DNA of 25,669 nt from Pseudomonadota bacterium. GTDB taxonomy: Bacteria > Pseudomonadota > Gammaproteobacteria > Burkholderiales > Burkholderiaceae_F. The notes under the pieces were generated by a model. The model saw nothing but the letters and a program-made list of their open reading frames with translations. It ran no database searches and was not told the DNA's origin. How positions within the stretch are numbered: the first letter of the stretch is position 1; every line of letters begins with the position of its first letter. The DNA lies in assembly GCA_021823635.1 (NCBI GenBank), contig JAKANT010000001.1, positions 1 to 25,669 of the forward strand, read 5' to 3'. Made by a program: the position numbers and the translations under genes. This document shows, piece by piece, positions 8,307-16,251 of the stretch.

Positions 8307-9685
8307 AGACGGTGCGCATCGGCGCCGGGTTGGGCTTCTACGGCGATTCGTGGCGGCCGATAGAAGCCACGCTCGCGCGCGGCGAGGTGCAGTACATCGC
8401 CTCCGATCATCTGTCGGAGCTGACGCTCGCCATCCTGCGCAAGGACATGGCGCGCGATCCGTCCGCCGGCTTCACGCGCGACCTGGTGCCGATGATGAGC
8501 GCGCTGTGGCCGCGTGCGCGCGGCGTGAAGTTCATCCTCAATGCCGGCGGGTTGAACCCGGCGGCGGCGCGCGACGCGCTGGTGGCCGCCTTCCGCGCCA
8601 AGGGTTGGCGCGCGAAGATCGCCACCGTCACCGGCGACGACGTGCTCGCGCGCATCGACGAGCTGATCGCCGCCGGCGAGCCGCTGGCGCACATGGACAG
8701 CGGCGCGCCGCTGGCGCAGGTGCGCGAACGCCTGGTGTTCGCCAACGCCTACCTGGGCGCGGCGCCGATCGTGCAGGCGCTGGAGGCGGGCGCCGACATC
8801 GTGCTGACCGGCCGCGTCGCCGATGCCGCCTTGACGCTCGCGCCGATCGTGCACGAGCTGGGCTGGCCGCTGGCGGCGCGAACGCCGCACGATTGGGACC
8901 GCCTCGCGCTCGGCCTGACGGTCGGTCATCTGCTCGAATGCTCGGGCCAGGGCAGCGGCGGCAACTTCGGCAGCGCCGGCCGCTGGGCGGAGATTCCGGA
9001 CCTCGGCCACATCGGCTATCCGATCGCCGAGGTGCGCGAAGACGGCACCGCCGTCATCACCAAGGCGCCGGGTACCGGCGGGCGGGTGAGCTTCGACACC
9101 GTGCGCCAGCAGTTGCTGTACGAAGTGCACGACCCCCACGCGTACGTCTCGCCCGACGTGGTGCTCGACATGGGAGCGCTGCGGCTCGAAGATCGCGGCG
9201 ACGACCGCGTCGAAGTTAGCGGCGCGCGCGGTCAGCCGCGGCCGGAGAAGCTGAAGATCGTCGCCGGTTACGAGGACGGGTGGATGGGGCAGGCGGTGGT
9301 TGGCTTCTGCTGGCCCGACGCCTACCGCAAAGCGCAGGCGACGGTGGCCTTGATCGAGGAACAGTTGCGCGAGCAGAAGCTGCCGGTGGAAGAAACCTGC
9401 GTCGAATACCTGGGCGTGAACGCCTTCCTCGGCCCACACGCGGATCTGTCGCAGGTCGAGCAGATGAACGAAGTGTGGCTGCGCATGGCAGTGCGCACGC
9501 GCGACAAGCGGGTGGCGGAGGCGTTCCCGCGGCTGTTCCCGTGGCTCGCGCTGTCCGGCCCGCCGTACATGGGAGGCTTTCACGGCATCGCGCCGGCGAG
9601 CCAGTTGCTCGGGCACTGGCCGACGCTCGCCGCGCGCGCGCTGATCGAGCCGCAGGTGAAGGTGGAGCTGACGGAGGTCAAATGA
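8303..9685 (+). CDS. Acyclic terpene utilization AtuA family protein (DUF1446 domain), 460 aa
   Basis: It has RIGAGLGFYGD, DHLSELT, NAGGLNP, ANAYLGA, GADIVLTGRVAD, GHLLECSGQ and QLLYEVHDP. The start was moved to ATG 8303. Confidence 0.88.
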   Translation: MKTVRIGAGLGFYGDSWRPIEATLARGEVQYIASDHLSELTLAILRKDMARDPSAGFTRDLVPMMSALWPRARGVKFILNAGGLNPAAARDALVAAFRAKGWRAKIATVTGDDVLARIDELIAAGEPLAHMDSGAPLAQVRERLVFANAYLGAAPIVQALEAGADIVLTGRVADAALTLAPIVHELGWPLAARTPHDWDRLALGLTVGHLLECSGQGSGGNFGSAGRWAEIPDLGHIGYPIAEVREDGTAVITKAPGTGGRVSFDTVRQQLLYEVHDPHAYVSPDVVLDMGALRLEDRGDDRVEVSGARGQPRPEKLKIVAGYEDGWMGQAVVGFCWPDAYRKAQATVALIEEQLREQKLPVEETCVEYLGVNAFLGPHADLSQVEQMNEVWLRMAVRTRDKRVAEAFPRLFPWLALSGPPYMGGFHGIAPASQLLGHWPTLAARALIEPQVKVELTEVK

Positions 9686-9981
9686 GGCTCGCCGACATCG
9701 CGCACGCCAGAAGCGGAGACAAAGGCGACCGCGCCGACATCGGCCTGTTCGCCTACGACGCCGCGGGCTACGCGCAGCTCGAGCGCGCGGTCACGCCCGA
9801 ACGCCTGCGCGCGCACTTCGCCTGGCTGGGCGTCACCGACGCGCGCGTCTGGCCCTTGCCGAACCTGCTCGCGATCAAGATCGTGCTGCAGGGGGCGCTC
9901 GCCGGCAACGCCGCGCGCAATCTGCGCTCCGACAACCTCGGCAAGACGGTCGCCGCCGCGCTGCTGCGCATGGAGCTATGA
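9682..9981 (+). CDS. Small AtuA-related protein (stand-alone AtuA C-terminal-like domain), 99 aa
   Basis: It begins MRLADIAHARSGDKGD and ends with the DNLGKT motif. ATGA overlaps occur on both sides. Confidence 0.85.
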   Translation: MRLADIAHARSGDKGDRADIGLFAYDAAGYAQLERAVTPERLRAHFAWLGVTDARVWPLPNLLAIKIVLQGALAGNAARNLRSDNLGKTVAAALLRMEL

Positions 9982-10751
9982 CGGTTCGCGTCGAAAGATC
10001 GGGCGCGGTCACCACGGTGCTGATCGACCGGCCCGAGGTGAAAAACGCCGTGGACGGGCCGACGGCGGAGGCGCTGGCGCAGGCGTTCCGCGACTTCGAC
10101 GCCGACGAAGCGGCGCACGTCGCGGTGCTGGCCGGCGCCGGCGGCACGTTCTGCGCCGGCGCGGACCTCAAGGCCTTCGCCGCGGGACTGGGCCGCGGCA
10201 ATCCGCTGCATGCGGACATGCAGGCCACAGCCCCGATGGGGCCGACGCGCATGCTGCTGTCCAAACCCGTGATCGCCGCCGTCGCCGGCCATGCGGTGGC
10301 CGGCGGCCTGGAGCTGGCGCTTTGGTGCGACCTGCGCGTGATGGAGGAAACCGCTGTCTTCGGCGTCTTCTGCCGCCGCTTCGGCGTGCCGCTCGTCGAC
10401 GGCGGCACGGTGCGGCTGCCGCGCCTGATCGGCATGAGCCGCGCGCTCGACCTGATCCTGACCGGCCGCCCGGTGCACGCGCAGGAGGCGCTGGCGATCG
10501 GGCTCGCCAACCGCGTCGTGCCGCACGGGCAGGCGCTCGCCGCCGCGCAGGCATTGGCCGCCGAGGTCGCGGCGTTTCCTCAGACCTGCCTGCGCAACGA
10601 CCGCGCCAGCGTCTACGAGCAGGCCGGCCTGCCGCTCGAAGCGGCGCTCGAAAACGAATTCCGCCGCGGCCGGGCCACGCTCGCCAGCGACGAGTCGGTC
10701 GAAGGCGCACAGAGGTTCGCGCGCGGGGCGGGACGGCACGGCGAGTTCTGA
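9978..10751 (+). CDS. Crotonase/enoyl-CoA hydratase family protein
   Basis: It has IDRPEVKNAVD, FCAGADLK, KPVIAAVAGHAVAGGLELALWCD and GVPLVDGGT. Confidence 0.93.
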   Translation: MTVRVERSGAVTTVLIDRPEVKNAVDGPTAEALAQAFRDFDADEAAHVAVLAGAGGTFCAGADLKAFAAGLGRGNPLHADMQATAPMGPTRMLLSKPVIAAVAGHAVAGGLELALWCDLRVMEETAVFGVFCRRFGVPLVDGGTVRLPRLIGMSRALDLILTGRPVHAQEALAIGLANRVVPHGQALAAAQALAAEVAAFPQTCLRNDRASVYEQAGLPLEAALENEFRRGRATLASDESVEGAQRFARGAGRHGEF

Positions 10752-10766
10752 AGGCAAGGCGCGCGA

Positions 10767-11063
10767 TCAATCGCGCCGGTAACCCGCTTCGCGCTGGCTG
10801 CGCAGCGCGAGAACGAAGACCGTGTCGATCTCGGCCACGTACCGGTAGAGCGCGACGTGACCGCGTGAGCCGTGTCCGATGATCAGCTCGCGTTTGCCGC
10901 CGGCGGCGGGCCGGCCGATGCGCGGATTGGTCTGCAGCACATCGAACGCAGCGATGATCTCGCCAATCCTGGCCGCCGCCCGCTGCGGGTCGTATCGAGC
11001 GAGGTGATCGAAGATGCGGTCGAAATCGCCCGCCACCCCGGGCGCGATCTCGACGCGCGCCAC
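10767..11063 (-). CDS. Type II toxin, RelE/ParE family
   Basis: The 98-aa protein has DFDRIFDHL, LQTNPRIGRP, RELII and VFVLALRSQRE. It starts 3 nt after the antitoxin stop. Confidence 0.85.
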   Translation of the reverse strand: MARVEIAPGVAGDFDRIFDHLARYDPQRAAARIGEIIAAFDVLQTNPRIGRPAAGGKRELIIGHGSRGHVALYRYVAEIDTVFVLALRSQREAGYRRD

Positions 11064-11066
11064 GAT

Positions 11067-11351
11067 TCAGCGCGCCAGCTTTCTCGCCGCGGGCCGACGC
11101 GCCCGTTTGCCCGCCAGCCGGTGCTCCAGATAACGGCGCATCTCGGCCCATGGGATCGCCTTACCCGAAGCGACGATCTCGGCGTAGCGACGCTCGGCCT
11201 CGGCATCGAAGTCCGCGCGTCGCTCGGCGTCGTCCGTCTTGTCGGCGATGGCCTGCAGGATGAACCGGTGCGGTGTCGTTCCGGCGCGCTTGGCGGCCGC
11301 ACTGACGCGGGCCTTCAGTGACTCCGACATGCGGATCGTGGTCGTGGGCAT
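11067..11351 (-). CDS. Ribbon-helix-helix (CopG-like) antitoxin, 94 aa
   Basis: It is the C-terminal part of the long track ORF: MPTTTIRMSESLKARVSAAAKRAGTTPHRFILQAI...AIPWAEMRRYL. It has an N-terminal beta-ribbon (TTTIR) and lies directly upstream of the toxin. Confidence 0.85.
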   Translation of the reverse strand: MPTTTIRMSESLKARVSAAAKRAGTTPHRFILQAIADKTDDAERRADFDAEAERRYAEIVASGKAIPWAEMRRYLEHRLAGKRARRPAARKLAR

Positions 11352-11387
11352 CGGCAAAGCGCGAGTTTCGGCGGGGACGGTGGCCCG

Positions 11388-11408
11388 ACGGTAGCACGCG
11401 CGTGCTAC
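11388..11408 (-). promoter_or_regulatory. Perfect 18-bp palindrome overlapping an extended -10; candidate TA operator and promoter
   Basis: GTAGCACGCGCGTGCTAC spans 11391-11408. The minus strand reads TG-C-TACCGT, with the -10 at 11393-11388, 36 nt upstream of the antitoxin ATG. Confidence 0.6.
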
Positions 11409-12379
11409 TCGGAGCGTGGACCGCGCGCGCCGCGCAGCGCGGTCAGCACCCCGGTCACCAACAGAGCGATGCCGGCGACGGTCACCGCATCGGGCGCGGC
11501 GCCGCGCAGCGCGAACGCATAGGCGAGCGCGGCCAGCGTCTCGAACACGATCAACTGGCCGGCGACCGCCGGCGGAAGGCGCTGGCTCGCTTCGTTCCAG
11601 CACAGCGTGCCGAGCCAGGAAGCGAACAGGCCGATCGCGAACATCAGCCCGACGAACTCGACCGGCCGCGGCCCGAGCGGCATCGGAAACGCGCTCCCGC
11701 TCGCCGCGAACCACAGCCAAGTGAGCGCGTAGCCGGCCACCGCGAGCGGCAGCGTGGCCAAGCCCTGCGCGGTCGCCCAGCCGCGCGGGCTGCGCTCCGG
11801 GTGCGCGCGCAGCCAGTCGGCGTTGCGGATCGGATACCAGGTCCAGCACACGACCGCGCCGACCGCCAGCACCGCGCCGAGCGCGTAACGGCCGAGGTCG
11901 GCGTTCGCCTCCGCCTGCAGCGCGGCGAGCTCCGCGTGGTTGACGAGCGCGATGCCGGCCGCGATCGACGCCAGCGAGGGCGCCAGCCGGCGCCACGGCA
12001 GCGGCGGCTCGCGGCTGCCGCAGCGGCGACTGCGCAGGTTGGCGGTGATCGCGATCACCACCGGCAGCGTGCCGATGATCATCGTCGGCAGCGGCCCGCC
12101 GGCGCGCTGGATCGCGCTGGCGAGAAACAGGTAGTAGACGATGTTGCCCACCAGCGCGAGCTTGAACGCCGCGCGCCAGTCGGCGCCGGTCAGTTGCGCC
12201 AGCGCCGCGCGGTCGGCCAGCGCGAGCGGAACCGCGATCACGCCGAACGCGAGATAGCGGCCGAACGCGAGCAGCGCCGCCGGATACTCGGCGAGCAGCA
12301 GCGGGCCGACGAACACCAAGCCCCACATCAGCCCGGCGGCGAGCGCGAACAGGGTCCCGGCGACGAGCGGCGCTGGCAT
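11405..12379 (-). CDS. ytfF: DMT/EamA family inner membrane transporter, YtfF-like
   Basis: It has about 10 hydrophobic segments. GLMWGLVFVGP, LASAIQRAG, TMIIGTLPVVI, RNADWLR, WATAQG, LGPRP and QLIVFETLA match E. coli YtfF as I recall it. Confidence 0.82.
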   Translation of the reverse strand: MPAPLVAGTLFALAAGLMWGLVFVGPLLLAEYPAALLAFGRYLAFGVIAVPLALADRAALAQLTGADWRAAFKLALVGNIVYYLFLASAIQRAGGPLPTMIIGTLPVVIAITANLRSRRCGSREPPLPWRRLAPSLASIAAGIALVNHAELAALQAEANADLGRYALGAVLAVGAVVCWTWYPIRNADWLRAHPERSPRGWATAQGLATLPLAVAGYALTWLWFAASGSAFPMPLGPRPVEFVGLMFAIGLFASWLGTLCWNEASQRLPPAVAGQLIVFETLAALAYAFALRGAAPDAVTVAGIALLVTGVLTALRGARGPRSE

Positions 12380-12401
12380 GCCGGCTATGCTCGCATATGC
12401 A

Positions 12402-13922
12402 ATGAACTCTCCCGGATTGCGTTCGCGACAACCGCAGCGCGCCCTGCGGGCGCTGCAGGATTTTTACGCGTCCGACCTCGGCGCCACGCTCGAGCGCCAT
12501 TTGACCGAACCGCCGGCCGCGCGCGCGCTGGCGCTGTTTCACGACGTCGCGCGCGACGTGCCGGCGTACCGCCGCTTTCTCGCCGCGCGCGGTTTCGATG
12601 CGGACGCGGTGCGAACGATCGAAGACTTCGCGCGCGTGCCGGTGGCGACCAAGGACAACTACCCGCTTTGCAACGCGCTGCCGGAACTGTGCCGCCACGG
12701 CCGGCTCGATGCGTGCGACATGGTGGCGGTGTCCTCCGGCTCCACCGGCGCGCCGACGTTCTGGCCGCGCTTCGTCGCCGACGAGATCGCCAGCGCCGAG
12801 CGCTTCGAGCAGGTGCTGCACGACGCTTTTCGCGCCGATACGCGGCGCACGCTCACGGTCGTCGGCTTCGCGCTCGGCAGTTGGGTCGGCGGCCTGTACA
12901 CGACCGCGTGCTGCCGCCATCTGGCGGCGAAAGGCTATCCGCTGACCGTCGTCGCGCCGGGCAACAACCGCGCCGAGATCCTGCGCGTCGTCGCCGGCCT
13001 GCGCGAGCACTTCGATCAGGTCGTGCTGTTCGGCTACCCGCCGTTCCTGAAAGACGTGATCGACGCCGGCCGCGCGGACGGCTTCGACTGGCGCAAAGTG
13101 CCGACCCGGCTGTCCTTCGCCGGCGAGGTGTTCAGCGAAGCGTGGCGCACGCTGGTGTGCGAGCGCGTCGGCGGCGCGGATCCGGCGCACGACGCGGCGG
13201 CGTTGTACGGCACCGCGGACGGCGGCGCGCTCGCCAATGAAACGCCGCTTTCGATCCGCATCCGGCGCTTTCTCGCCGAACGGCCCGCGGCCGCGCGCGA
13301 GCTGTTCGGCGAAGCGCGCCTGCCGACGCTCGCGCAATACGATCCGCTGCGCCGCTACTTCGAGACCCTGAACGGCGAGTTGATCTTCACGACCGACGGC
13401 GGCGCGCCGCTCGTGCGCTACAACATCCTCGATCGCGGCGGCGTGGTGCCGTACGAATCCATGCTCGGCTTTCTCGCCGCGCACGGTTTCGATCCGCTGG
13501 CGCAGTTGACGCCCGACGAGCGCGCGCGGGGGCGGCGGCAGCCGTTCGTGTTCGTGTTCGGCCGCGGCCACTTCGCGCTGTCGTTCTACGGCGCCAACGT
13601 GTATCCGGAGAACGTCGGCGTCGGGTTGGAGCAGCCGCAGTTCGCGTCCGCGCTGACCGGCAAGTTCGTGATGCAAATCGCGCGCGACGCGGACCTGAAC
13701 GCGGAGTTGGAGGTGTTCGTGGAGCTCGCCCCGGCAGCGGCCCCCTCCGAGCGGCTGGCCGCCGATGCCGCGGCGTCGATCCGCGCGCAACTGGAGCGGC
13801 TGAACAGCGAGTTCGCGCACTACGTGCCCGCCGAGAGGCGCACGCCGCGGGTACGGTTGCGGCCGTTTGCCGATCCGGAGTTCTTCCCGGCGGGCGTCAA
13901 GCACCGCTACACGCGGAGCTGA
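12402..13922 (+). CDS. Phenylacetate-CoA ligase family (PaaK-like) adenylate-forming protein, about 506 aa
   Basis: It has the P-loop SSGSTGAP, plus FGYPPF, AGEVFSE, LYGTAD, PLVRYNILD and ANVYPE. The start is uncertain: ATG 12402 is preferred over 12378 or 12387 because 12378 overlaps the divergent start codon. Confidence 0.8.
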   Translation: MNSPGLRSRQPQRALRALQDFYASDLGATLERHLTEPPAARALALFHDVARDVPAYRRFLAARGFDADAVRTIEDFARVPVATKDNYPLCNALPELCRHGRLDACDMVAVSSGSTGAPTFWPRFVADEIASAERFEQVLHDAFRADTRRTLTVVGFALGSWVGGLYTTACCRHLAAKGYPLTVVAPGNNRAEILRVVAGLREHFDQVVLFGYPPFLKDVIDAGRADGFDWRKVPTRLSFAGEVFSEAWRTLVCERVGGADPAHDAAALYGTADGGALANETPLSIRIRRFLAERPAAARELFGEARLPTLAQYDPLRRYFETLNGELIFTTDGGAPLVRYNILDRGGVVPYESMLGFLAAHGFDPLAQLTPDERARGRRQPFVFVFGRGHFALSFYGANVYPENVGVGLEQPQFASALTGKFVMQIARDADLNAELEVFVELAPAAAPSERLAADAAASIRAQLERLNSEFAHYVPAERRTPRVRLRPFADPEFFPAGVKHRYTRS

Positions 13923-14063
13923 GAAGCTGTGAAGATTTCGTCACGAGCGGCCCGCTGGCTAGGCGCACGGAGCGCAGGGCCGAGACATATCAAGCAGATA
14001 GGCGAGGCCCGAGCACCGCGCAACGACGCCAGCGGGCCGCGCAGTAGAAAGATTCACAGCTTC
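13923..14063. mobile_element. 141-bp MITE-like non-autonomous element
   Basis: It has 11-bp perfect terminal inverted repeats GAAGCTGTGAA/TTCACAGCTTC (15/17 when extended). TGA flanks both sides (13920-13922 and 14064-14066). An internal perfect 13-bp inverted repeat lies at 13947-13959 and 14028-14040. There is no transposase. Confidence 0.72.
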
Positions 14064-14070
14064 TGAGCGG

Positions 14071-16251
14071 TCACTTGGGCGCGTACACGACGTTGGCGCG
14101 CTGCGCCGGATCGATTTCGATCTCTTTCACCCGGCCGCGCTCGTCGAACGCGACGAAGTACGGCACGCGCGAGCTGTACCACAGCTTCCAGCGCGCATCG
14201 GCCACACTCGGCGTCTCATGGCGCGGCGGAAAGCCGACCGCCATCACCACCTGCTCCTTGCTCATGCCGGGCAGCAGCTTGCCGGCGGCGATCGCATCCT
14301 GCACCAGCGGCGGGAAGGAGGCGATGCGAAACCGCAGATCGCGATCGACGGTCAGCTTGCGCGCGTACTGCGCCAGCGTTTCCTGCCGGCGACCGTAGTC
14401 CAGTCCGATGCGGATTCGCCTGCCGCCGATCTCGGTGATGATGCGCCAGCGGCCGTAGTCGACGATCTTGATCGGCGTCCCGGCGGGAATGCGTTCCTGC
14501 GACGCGTAGTTCAGGTCGCTGACCCAATCGCCGGAGAAGTGCAGGTTGCAGCAGGTGAAGCCGGCGAACCGCGGCTCTTTTTCGTCGGCTTTCACCGTGC
14601 CGGGAACTTGCAGCGCGACGATGCCGGCGTCGGTCACTTCGAGCGGCGGCGGGCCCTCGGGCGCGCGCAGCGGCGGCGGGGTAGCCGGTGCAGGCGCGGG
14701 CTGCGCCGGCGCAGCCTTCATCTCCGGCGCAGGTTTTGCCGCTTCGGCGAATTGCGGCAGCGGCTTTTTCTCCGCCTCGGGCGGCCGCGGCGGCGCTTTC
14801 GCTTTCTCGACGGCCGGCGCGCGGTCGCCTTTCTTCGCTTCCGGTGCCGGGGCGACTTTCGCGAGCGGCTCCGCCGGCTTCACCGGCGGCGCGGTGGCTT
14901 TCGGCGGTGCCGGCGATGGGGCGACCGCGACTTCGACGACCGGCGCCGGCGCGGGCGCCGGCGCGGTGGGCAACGGCGCCGGTGCAGTCGCTGCCGGCGG
15001 AGACGGCGCAGCCGGGGGGGCCGGCGCGCGGTTGAACCACCACGCCAGTGCGAACACGATCGCCGCACCGAACGCCGCGAACGACCCGGCCCACGCCAGC
15101 GCGCCGAGGCGCGCCCGCCTTGTCTGCGGCACGGCGGCCGCCGCGGCCGGCTCGGTGCGCGCCCCCCTTTCCGTCGACGCGGAACCGAGCGGCACGGTCG
15201 GTGCGCTGCTGCGCGCGATCGGCGCGCCGGTCAAGACGCGCGTGCGCTCGTCTTCTTCCCGCGGCTCGAATGTCGAGTGCAGCGCCGCCGGCGCGGGCGA
15301 AAGCGCCGCTTGCACGAGCCGCGTGCGCTCGTCGTCGCCCGGCGCGCTGCCGAAAAGCAGTTCGCGCAACTGCGCGATCGACTGCGGGCGCTCGGCCGGC
15401 TTCACCGCGAGCGCGGCGTCCAGCGCCGCCAGCAGTCGCGCCGAGTAGCGTCCGGCGGCGGCGTTGCGCAGCGGCACCATCTCGTCGTTGACCATGCGGC
15501 TGACGGCGGCCGGCGGCGCCTTGCCGAGCAGCGCGAAATAGCCGACCGCGCCCAGCGCATACACGTCGGTCCACGGGCCCTGTTTGAGCGCCGCGCTCTC
15601 GGCGTATTGCTCGATCGGCGCGAACCCCGGCTTCAGGATCACCGTCAGCGCGTGCGTGAGGTCGCCGATCACGCGCCGCGCGGCGCCGAAGTCGAGCAGC
15701 AGCGGTGCAGAGTCGTTCAGCACCAGCACGTTGTCCGGCGCCACGTCGCGGTGCAGGCAGTTCTCCCGGTGCAGCGCCTCCAGCGCATCCATCATCGCGC
15801 CCAGAAAGCGCAGCAGCCAGTCTTCGGGCAGCGGCATGCGGTCGCGCAACCACTGCTTGAACGTGGGCGCGGAGTAAAACGGCATCACCATGTAGGCGGT
15901 GCCCTTCTCCTCCCAGAACTGATAGACCTTGACCAGCGCCGGGTGCTCGAAGCGCGCCAGCAGCCGCGCTTCGTTGACGAAGCTGCGCAGGCCGGCGACG
16001 AACGCTTCCTGCTGGCTCGCCGAGGAGCGGGGGTGCACGGAGAAATCCGTGTCGCGCGTGGCGAGCGCCGCCGGCATGTATTCCTTGATCGCGACGCGGC
16101 GCTCCAGCTTGGTGTCGATCGCCTCGTATACGACGCCGAAGCCGCCTTCGCCGAGCACGCGCCGGATCGCGAACTCGCGCAGCCGGTAGCCGGCCGGCAG
16201 CCCGCCGTGGCGGGTGGCCGAGAGCGTCGAGTCGTCGCCGGGTGCGGTCAT
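14071..16251 (-). CDS. Membrane-anchored Hanks-type Ser/Thr protein kinase with a C-terminal extracytoplasmic domain (726 aa)
   Basis: It has LGEGGFGVVY, VAIKE, HRDVAPDN, LLDFG and QGPWTDVYALG, followed by an Ala/Pro linker, one TM helix (LGALAW...ALAWWF), a Pro-rich linker and a globular domain. The start was set at ATG 16251; the track's extension overlaps the divergent gene. Confidence 0.88.
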   Translation of the reverse strand: MTAPGDDSTLSATRHGGLPAGYRLREFAIRRVLGEGGFGVVYEAIDTKLERRVAIKEYMPAALATRDTDFSVHPRSSASQQEAFVAGLRSFVNEARLLARFEHPALVKVYQFWEEKGTAYMVMPFYSAPTFKQWLRDRMPLPEDWLLRFLGAMMDALEALHRENCLHRDVAPDNVLVLNDSAPLLLDFGAARRVIGDLTHALTVILKPGFAPIEQYAESAALKQGPWTDVYALGAVGYFALLGKAPPAAVSRMVNDEMVPLRNAAAGRYSARLLAALDAALAVKPAERPQSIAQLRELLFGSAPGDDERTRLVQAALSPAPAALHSTFEPREEDERTRVLTGAPIARSSAPTVPLGSASTERGARTEPAAAAAVPQTRRARLGALAWAGSFAAFGAAIVFALAWWFNRAPAPPAAPSPPAATAPAPLPTAPAPAPAPVVEVAVAPSPAPPKATAPPVKPAEPLAKVAPAPEAKKGDRAPAVEKAKAPPRPPEAEKKPLPQFAEAAKPAPEMKAAPAQPAPAPATPPPLRAPEGPPPLEVTDAGIVALQVPGTVKADEKEPRFAGFTCCNLHFSGDWVSDLNYASQERIPAGTPIKIVDYGRWRIITEIGGRRIRIGLDYGRRQETLAQYARKLTVDRDLRFRIASFPPLVQDAIAAGKLLPGMSKEQVVMAVGFPPRHETPSVADARWKLWYSSRVPYFVAFDERGRVKEIEIDPAQRANVVYAPK

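Noticed and set aside
10752-11404. TA pair as part of a prophage, integron or IS
   Set aside because: No integrase, transposase, attC-like site or flanking direct repeats are visible.
11352-13904. 945-aa minus-strand ORF ending in the antitoxin
   Set aside because: The upstream part is antisense to the ligase gene and off-frame over ytfF. Only 11067-11351 is credible.
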